Origin: Octopus vulgaris
Taxonomy: Eukaryota
DNA: 64,000 nt
Direction: 5' to 3'
Assembly (NCBI GenBank): GCA_951406725.2
Contig: OX597831.1
Span: 59,830,001 to 59,894,000 of the forward strand
Made by a program: the position numbers and the translations under genes. Numbering within the stretch: position 1 is the stretch's first letter; each line of letters opens with the position of its first letter. A model generated the notes under the pieces. That model had not been told where the DNA came from, made no database searches, and worked only from the letters and a program-made list of their open reading frames with translations. Below are positions 55,912 through 64,000 of the stretch, in pieces.

Positions 55912-56878
55912 GTATGCAATATTAAAAAGTGCTTTGAAAGAGTTCTATTTCTATGTGTTTAGATGTGGTTGGAATTTAAATTTTTGTAAATGTATATAAC
56001 CGTGGCTCGATTTGAATAAATGTTTATATTTGTAGTATATAATTCCCTGGAGATTCCTGTGTTTGATGGACTCGTGAAAGAATTAAGTTTCAATCTTAGA
56101 TAGTAAACTGATTTTAATAATATATTTTTTACTTGGACTTAATTGTCATCTTGTTTAATTTTACTGGCTTTTACTTAAATTAAGGTTGGGAAATTCTTTA
56201 TCTTCTATTGAGCACTATAAATTAATTGATGTGAGTGCATTGGAATATAGAATATAGAATAGAAATCTGTTGTACAACCTAACACATCAATACTAGTATT
56301 CTTTTCTGAGTTGTTTTCTCTTTACTGACCAAATTACTGTAGCACTGGTCTTCTATTCGAGGCAAACACGCAGAGTAAATTTCACGTGTATACAGATGAA
56401 TCGTATATCTAACCTTTATATTCCAGTAATATGATGTGTTAGAATTGTTTATTTGCGTTAATTTCTGAATATTCCATTCTGTTGCATAACGCTGAGAATA
56501 CTTCCTGTTGGAAATATGTCCCAATAAGTTGGCGTACTAAAGTTAATAACATTGCATAAAGAAGTGAACAATACGGTTTGTAATGATAAAGATGGTATCT
56601 ACATTTTTTACACCAACCGAATTTTTGTATACATATATATATGTGTGTGTGTGTATAGGCACACACAAAGACACATACACACATGCGTACACACACACAT
56701 ATATTTTAGTGTTTGACCTCCGTAGATTAGTAGTGATTTCCACAGACATCATATTTAGTTACACGTTTGCATATACACACAAATGCACAAGCGTATATCA
56801 TGTATTTATTATTTGGTGATATGTTTTGTTATTTTAATCTTTCTAATGAACGCACTTATTCACCTCTCTCTCTCTCTC

Positions 56879-56919
<41 letters not shown>

Positions 56920-56944
56920 TTATATACTAACACAGAACAAATGT

Positions 56945-57380
56945 ATACCATCGTCTGAAGTGAGCTGGAACTGCCTTCGGCCGTCTTCGTGTCGAGGACG
57001 TTGAAGACCCTAACATCAAAACCGACACCAAATGTACAAAACAGTGATCGTTCCAGCACTGCTGTATGCTTCTGGAACCTGGACAATATATCGTTGGTAA
57101 CTGAAAATATTGGAAAATATCATCAAGAGGCAAATGAGATGGAGTATGTTGTTCAAATGACCGATGCCCGTTTACGAAAACATATCTTCTATTCTCCGCT
57201 GAAGGGAAAAAAATAAATAAAAAAGGAGAAAGGAGGGCATACAAAGATGTACAGGAATTTGTTGAGCGTCAACATGAAAAAATGTAATATCGAATTCAGC
57301 TAGGAAGAAAATGCAAATGACCGAGACCTTAGAAGGTCCATCAAAAGTGAAGAGGCAACTACATTTGAGACATGTGTGAA
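56945..57380 (+). mobile_element. RTE-clade LINE 3' fragment
   Basis: AGTAFGRLRV; YKTVIVPALLYASGTWTIYR; MTDARLRKHIFYS; KKCNI; frameshifted. Confidence 0.75.
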
Positions 57381-57384
57381 GAGC

Positions 57385-57424
<40 letters not shown>

Positions 57425-58872
57425 TATATAGATATAGATATATATAGTTATTCACACTTGTAAACACTTATGCATATACGTACGTGTGTGTGTGCGCACG
57501 TGTGTATGTATGTATTGTAACGTTTATATTTCTGTAGCATTACTTAGAGCTACCATTTGGTATTTCTAACATAGTGATAGTGTTGCTATTTTATTAAAAT
57601 TGTTCTAATAAAAAATGTTCGCACGAAGGTGATCAGTCATATTATTTATGCTTTCCTTATTGGTCAGATAAAACGCAATATTCTAAGACGTTATATCATC
57701 CCGTGTTGTTGATATGGGTGTAGTTACTGCTCAACCATTTTATGGAGCTGTGGTACTCTAGAACTACAAAATTTATATTTGTTTACCTTGTGTTAATACC
57801 TTTATTCACCTGAAACCATTCTAAGATGTAACACTCATTGGTACTTTGTTTTTGTTAAATTAATCCGAAAAAAAAAATTATTATTTGGCATAATTTTAAA
57901 AAACAAATTCGTTGCACTTAATTCCGGTGGTGTTCATTTGGGATGGTATAAGTTTTTTTTTTCCTACCACTAAAACCACCTCATAGCGTAATATATCAAG
58001 AGTGAATTTTGACTTTCTCCTCATACAAACACCACATAGGCAAGCGGCAGGCATAGATTGAAGTAATAAATTTATCTTACAAATCCCATGTCCTACGTGA
58101 TGCCGCCATCTACGCTCAATATCTGGACCTATTGCACAACGTAATTTCGTCACGCATTTGCTTGAGTATTTCTACAGTTTTAGAGGTTTTCTATTCAGAA
58201 GTTATTGAAAAAAACAAACAAACGTTGAACGGTGATGGGAAAAAATTCCAAATACAGTAACTGAGCATTACTTGAAAGAAATTTTTGTCAAAAGAGCATT
58301 AGTAGATGTGCTTCTTATGATTACTCTACCCGACATCTTTCAACTTGTTTTCAAGACGTCGATGTTCCAAATGTCATCTGTTTATTTTTCGCAAAGTAGT
58401 CACCAGTAAAGGCAGTGTAAGTTGCACGAATTCATCCACGTTTTAGAGTATAGGATATTTAGAGAATTTTTTGTGCAGGTGAGAGTTCAGTAGGTATAAT
58501 CATTATCTCGACAGCATTTGATATCTTACATTATGAACAATTTATGGAGATATATGTCTTCACGAATGTGTATGTAAAGAAGTATGTACTTCCACTGTGG
58601 TGTCGTTCGTGCGTTCGAAGCTCTAACTGTCCATAAATTTTATATTTTTAAAATTACTGGATGCTGCTGTCTTATCATGTTTTCCAGTCTTTTCCTTGAA
58701 AGGCGAAATATGTGGTAATAAAGAGACGAAATCTGAGGAGGAGTTAGACTTCTTTTGGTATTATCTCTCGTGTGTAGACGCATTTTTCATTCTCTGGTGA
58801 CGTCCTGCATTTTTGTATATATTTAATTATTTATTATTGAATGTCACTCAGGCTTTGTCAGCAGAAACTTTT

Positions 58873-58968
<96 letters not shown>

Positions 58969-58970
58969 CG

Positions 58971-59105
58971 TTAGCCCCTACACGCATTTTTTTCTCTCCT
59001 TGTTTTTTTCTGTGTATCTTTCTATTCCTGAGCGATATACTAATACATTTCTTTGTTTGTACTCCACCCGCCTTCGTCTTTTGCTCATTTTCGTAAACTT
59101 TCCCG

Positions 59106-59106
<1 letters not shown>
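58971..59106 (+). mobile_element. Family A pseudo-LTR-like copy lacking the hammerhead segment
   Basis: Collinear with 80-248 except for loss of ~128-165; lies between (TG)n and (TA)n. Confidence 0.7.
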
Positions 59107-59157
<51 letters not shown>

Positions 59158-59198
59158 ACTCACATATATATATAGATCTAAAACAATAATACACTGGA

Positions 59199-59241
<43 letters not shown>

Positions 59242-59666
59242 ATATATATATATGCATACCTAAAGATATTATCGTAGAAGCATTCAACGATTTGGTCTTT
59301 AAATCTGAAAATCCATGTGAAATTTGAGAATGAATTAAACATTCCATGAATAAAAGATGAAGTTATAAATATGGCATCACTAACAAAATAGGAAGTAGAG
59401 GAAAACATTGATGTTATGCCAATAACAAAGGAATCTTACATGAATATGTTTATTTCAGATTTTTTTTGAGACAAGGGGGAAATTATTGAAATCAATAAAT
59501 AATTTGGTGACTGCACCTGGAGATAAAAACGAGATTCTAGTGAAAAATATTATCGAAGCATGCATAATCACATATGCAATTGTACAGTTGCACTCAGAGA
59601 CCTTCAAAGAAAAAAGTAGCAAAATCCTGTTTATGCACATGTTACTCAGCACCTTAAGAGAATGTA

Positions 59667-59722
<56 letters not shown>

Positions 59723-60254
59723 CTCTAACAGGTAGCATTAACTGCAGTAAATTATTTACCGCAGATTTTGTTTCAGGAGTTTTAGCTCGCCAGAACTCAG
59801 AAATTTGAAATTAACCCCAATGTAATCGGTGAAACTAAGTACGTGTCTGTTTTTATACGAAAAACTGGTGGTTAGTTTTTACAAATTATATTACCTTTGG
59901 AACGATCGTACTGACGTGCCGACGGACGATTACGATTACGTAAGTCATTCATTCGTTAATAGGCGAAACCTAGGTCTGCGATAAATTCTTGTGTTTTATA
60001 TAATTTTCATCTGTCTTGCCCGCATATTGTTCTGGTGTCCGCTGAATTTTTCCCTATAGAACATCATTTTCTCTGTAGTTTGATCGCAGGTAATCTACTT
60101 CTAGCATATGACGAACCACATAATGGTTTTTTTAGCCCTTTAAATATACTCATGTATTAGAATTTTCTCTGATTCTTCAGATTTTTGTATGCTAGGCTAC
60201 TGGTTTTAAATTGATATTAATTAAATTAATATTCAATTTATCTCTCTCATTATT

Positions 60255-60289
<35 letters not shown>

Positions 60290-60528
60290 TGTAGAAGTAA
60301 GAACCAAAGTCTTGTATACACTTATTCAGCCCCCAAAAAACAGCCATGGATTTCTCCTCTTACCCTCTACCTATAGAGCTACCAGTAGCCATATTTTATA
60401 ATGCATTTTATATTCTTCTCGGACTACTCAAAACCTATCCACTCCCTGTTCTTTTTCATATAGCTGTATAAAGAACACTCAGCAGGTAATTCTAATTAGA
60501 AAAACGCAGTAGATATGAGCCTTTTTAG

Positions 60529-60626
60529 AAATTTTTCCCGATGAAGGAGGTGGTCGGCAATAATGGATCTAAATTTCTTTTATAAGACTGGAAAACCGAA
60601 CCACCAGAAACGAGCGTAGGATTATT
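60529..60626 (+). ncRNA. Degenerate hammerhead-like motif with long stem II
   Basis: TTCCCGATGA..GGTGGTCGG...CCGAACCACC-A-GAAA-CGAGCG-TA-GGA, in TA-bounded island 60288-60770. Confidence 0.45.
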
Positions 60627-61094
60627 AACTCGATTATTAGCACCCACTTGTTATCGTATAGACTCTGAACTCTTTTTATTATTTCGTTTTATAATCTGTA
60701 AATTGACCTCTATATGTATTTATTTTTTCAATATAATTTCAATATATACATCTATATATTTATATATTTTTATATGTGTGTTTGTAATTTATTGATTACT
60801 CAATATATATTATGGAAAATTCTAGAAGATTGCTCGATATTTTAAAACTGATGTAATACTTACAGTGTTTAATAAAATGAAGTAGCATGAAACAATTGTA
60901 CTGCTCTACCTCGGATATATTTGTCGCTTATTTTGATTATTTATATATCAATATAATTTTCTTCTGCTTGACGTATTAGATATAAGTTTCGAGAAATTCA
61001 TGCTTGTTTCGTCTATGACTGGATAAATGTATTTGTGAACTTCATTTGCCTAACTTTCATTCTTATTTACTCCTAATCGTTTACACTCACTCTT

Positions 61095-61390
61095 ACTTGC
61101 TTCACTCATTTGTCTGCGGCCATGCTGGAGCACCCCTTTTAGTCGAGCAAATCGACCCCAGGACTTATTCTTTGTAAGCCTGGTACTTATTCTGTCGCCA
61201 GATTACGTGGATGTAAACAGACCAGCATCTGTTGTCAAGCGAAGTTGGGGGGGGCCAAACACAGACACACCAAAATATACACACACACACATATATATAT
61301 ATACATATATACGACGGGCTTCTTTTCAGTTTCCGTGTACCAAATCTATTCACAAGACTTTGGTCGACCTGAGGCAATAGTAGAAGATAC
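61095..61390 (-). mobile_element. SINE with internal microsatellite, 5'-truncated
   Basis: Minus-strand tail GTGCTCCAGCATGGCCGCAGACAAATGAGTGAAGCAAGTAA; internal (CA)/(TA); related pieces at 10275-10470 and 32118-32165. Confidence 0.75.
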
Positions 61391-61484
61391 AATTTGAGGG
61401 CAATATTACTGCAAAAAGTAAAACTACTATGCCTTATATTTATCTCCTCCTTCTCCTCCACGTCGTCCTTTTTTTCTTCTTGAC

Positions 61485-61724
61485 CTACTACTAGTACCAC
61501 CGCCATCACCATCACTACTACTACTACTATTACTACCACCACCATCACTAACACTACTACTACTACTACTACTACAACTACTACTACTACTACTACTACT
61601 ACTGCTACTACTGCTACTACAACTACTACCACCGCTACTGCTGCTGTTGCTGCTGCTACTACTACTGCCATTACTACTACTACTATTACTGGTGATGATG
61701 ATGATACTAGTACTACTACTAATA
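61485..61724. repeat. Compound (ACT/ACC/GCT)n triplet microsatellite
   Basis: Directly visible. Confidence 0.9.
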
Positions 61725-61952
61725 ATAATCTTTTGTACTAAAGGTACAAACAACGTCTGAAATTTTGCAGGAGGGAACATGTCGATTACATTGACCCCGG
61801 GGTTTCACTGGCAATTAATTAATCAAACTCGAATGTGTGAAATGCAAGGTCGACCTCAGCAGAATTTGAACTCATAACGGACGTTAAGACGGACGAAATG
61901 CCACTAAGCCATTTTTCCCGGCGAGCTAACGATTCTGCTAACTCATCGCCTT
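61725..61952 (-). mobile_element. Nin-type SINE, near full length
   Basis: Minus strand GGCGATGAGTTAGCAGAATCGTTAGCTCGCCGGG...GAGTTCAAATTCTGCTGAGGTCGACC. Confidence 0.85.
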
Positions 61953-61975
61953 CACTAATAAAAAAATAAATTGAT

Positions 61976-62106
<131 letters not shown>

Positions 62107-63723
62107 AGTGAATTAAACAGAACAAGGTATGTGTATAAAATTGCCAATACAAAAATAAGCGATCTATTTTATATGGATGACTTAAAACTTTGTGGTAAAG
62201 ACAATAATGAACTTGAAGGCCTATTGCGCACTGTGAAAGCATTCAGCGATGACATCGGGATGGATTTTGGACTTGAGAAGTGTGCCAAGGCCACTTTCCA
62301 GAAAGGGAAAGTGAAGACCACAAATTCAGTCGTGTTAGATGTTGACACAGTCATAAGAGACCTTGAGCAAGAACAAACATACAAATATTTAGGGATAAAC
62401 GAAGGCTCTGGTATTCAGCATGCAAGCATGAAAGAGAAGATCAGGACGGAATGTTATAGGAGAGTTCGTGCAGTCCTGAAATCTGAACTAAATGCACGTA
62501 ACAAGGTGTTAGCTATAAATTCTTTAGCAGTTCCAGTTGTTACTTATAGCTACAATGTGTTGAACTGGAATATGAGTGAAGTAAAGAATATAGATAGGAA
62601 AAGACGCAAGCTGCTGAGTTGTAATAGGATGCACCACCCAAAGGCAGACGTAGATCGCCTTTACCTTCCCAGAGCCCAAGGAGGTCGAGGTCTGATCCAA
62701 TTTGAACTAGCTTACAAAACAACCACAATTGGACTGGCCAAATATCTCGAAATATCGAATGACTGGATGCTAAAGCTCGTGGAAAATCACGAGAGACGAA
62801 AGAAGCTTCATTCTATCATAAAGGAAAGCAAAAAATTTGCTATTGATCTCGTGCAGGATACCCAAACTGAACAACCCGAGGGAAGTACGGCAACTATTGT
62901 TGCAAAGAAGGTGAAATTGATGGCAACGAAAAAAGCGCACGAGCAATTGGCTGATAGGTGGGAGGAGAAACCTCTGCACGGCAAATATATGACCCGCAGC
63001 AAACAAGCTGATATTGACCAGAAGCAAACCCATCAGTGGCTACGGAGCTCAGGGCTAAAAGCAGAGAGCGAAGGTTTCATCCTGGCTGCTCAAGATCAAA
63101 GCCTATTAACCCGGAACTACCAGGCCAATGTGATGAAAAATGGAGCAGACCCAAAATGCCGATTCTGCAACGACATGATTGAAACAGTGGACCACCTAAT
63201 CTCTGGATGTAAAGTCTTAGCACCAGTGGAGTATAAACTAAGACATGACAGAGTTGGCCAATATCTACACTGGCTAATAAGTCGGCATTACAATATCAAA
63301 ACTGCCGACAAGTGGTATAATCACCACCCTGAGGCTGTAACTGAAGGAGAAAATGTAACCATTCTGTGGGACTTTCCAGTACATACAGACCGAACCATCA
63401 AGACCAATAAACCAGATATTGTTGTGAAAGACCAAAACAATAAAGTTTGCTTATTGATCGACATGAGCATCTCCTGTGATCATAATATCTCAGCGAAAGT
63501 GTTTGACAAGCTCAGAAAATATAAAGACCTACTCATTGAAATTGAGAAAATGTGGCATCTCAAGGCGGTTACAATACCAGTGATCGTAGGAGCACTAGGA
63601 ATGATCAAGAAGGGAACCGAAAATTATATGAGAATGATCCCTGGCTTACCATCCCTGCAAGAAGTGCAAAAGATTGTCTTAACTGGTACATCACACGTAT
63701 TGAGAAGAGCATTGTCGATGTGA
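62107..63723 (+). CDS. Partial RT / CCHC zinc knuckle / restriction-like endonuclease ORF (no native start)
   Basis: LFYMDDLKL, FGLEKC, YKYLG, GGRGL, CRFCNDMIETVDHLISGC, LRHDRV, KPDIVVKD..LIDMSI, KLRKYKDL; frame open upstream of listed 62131 to 62107. Confidence 0.9.
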   Translation, partial: SELNRTRYVYKIANTKISDLFYMDDLKLCGKDNNELEGLLRTVKAFSDDIGMDFGLEKCAKATFQKGKVKTTNSVVLDVDTVIRDLEQEQTYKYLGINEGSGIQHASMKEKIRTECYRRVRAVLKSELNARNKVLAINSLAVPVVTYSYNVLNWNMSEVKNIDRKRRKLLSCNRMHHPKADVDRLYLPRAQGGRGLIQFELAYKTTTIGLAKYLEISNDWMLKLVENHERRKKLHSIIKESKKFAIDLVQDTQTEQPEGSTATIVAKKVKLMATKKAHEQLADRWEEKPLHGKYMTRSKQADIDQKQTHQWLRSSGLKAESEGFILAAQDQSLLTRNYQANVMKNGADPKCRFCNDMIETVDHLISGCKVLAPVEYKLRHDRVGQYLHWLISRHYNIKTADKWYNHHPEAVTEGENVTILWDFPVHTDRTIKTNKPDIVVKDQNNKVCLLIDMSISCDHNISAKVFDKLRKYKDLLIEIEKMWHLKAVTIPVIVGALGMIKKGTENYMRMIPGLPSLQEVQKIVLTGTSHVLRRALSM

Positions 63724-63891
63724 GAACTGTTGCTGCTCATGTATTTTAATTTAACTTAAATAAAAAAAAAAGGAACGAACTATTGAGTTTGGTTTAATGG
63801 CCTACCAATATATACTATGAGTTTCTTTGCCCTAGGAGTCGGGAAGACACTCGGCAAGAAATGGAAGCAAATTTGAAAGAGGAAAAAAAAA

Positions 63892-63892
<1 letters not shown>
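62107..63892 (+). mobile_element. 5'-truncated R4/Dong-clade non-LTR retrotransposon inserted in (TAA)n
   Basis: (TAA)n immediately on both sides; open frame from the first base; ~170-bp 3' UTR ending in an A-run. Confidence 0.92.

Positions 63893-63968
<76 letters not shown>
63893..63968. repeat. (TAA)n tract, 3' flank of Dong element
   Basis: Directly visible. Confidence 0.95.
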
Positions 63969-64000
63969 CTCACTCCTCTGGAACTTCACCATTCAAACTG

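Noticed and set aside
58040-58800. Second mariner-like relic (FFRKVVTSKG)
   Set aside because: Single weak motif; other catalytic motifs not recoverable by eye
59330-59660. Exon or LINE fragment (LKSINNLVTAPGDKNEI)
   Set aside because: Only weak resemblance to the KAPG.D LINE motif; insufficient for a call

Overview
AT-rich, microsatellite-saturated eukaryotic non-coding DNA. The SINE families and (TA)n/(TAA)n density look like an octopus genome (inference from recalled repeat consensus, not a search). I could not support any host protein-coding exon, rRNA, true tRNA or CRISPR array, and almost all listed ORFs are microsatellite artefacts. The window is a mosaic of mobile elements. It contains one young, 5'-truncated R4/Dong-clade non-LTR retrotransposon (62107-63892; open frame with YMDD RT motif, CCHC knuckle and PD-(D/E)xK endonuclease) inserted in (TAA)n, plus older Dong relics. 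It also holds several Penelope-like element (PLE) fragments with RT or GIY-YIG, tRNA-derived SINEs, Tc1/mariner, Helitron, RTE and CR1 relics, and two copies of a Merlin-like MITE with 8-bp TSDs. The most striking pattern read by eye is a series of short islands embedded in (TA)n tracts. About a dozen carry minimal type I hammerhead-ribozyme-like motifs with palindromic stem III, mostly pointing toward a (TA)n tract about 90-190 nt downstream, and several are arranged as inverted repeats or foldbacks. All structures were folded and translated by eye and need computational and biochemical confirmation.
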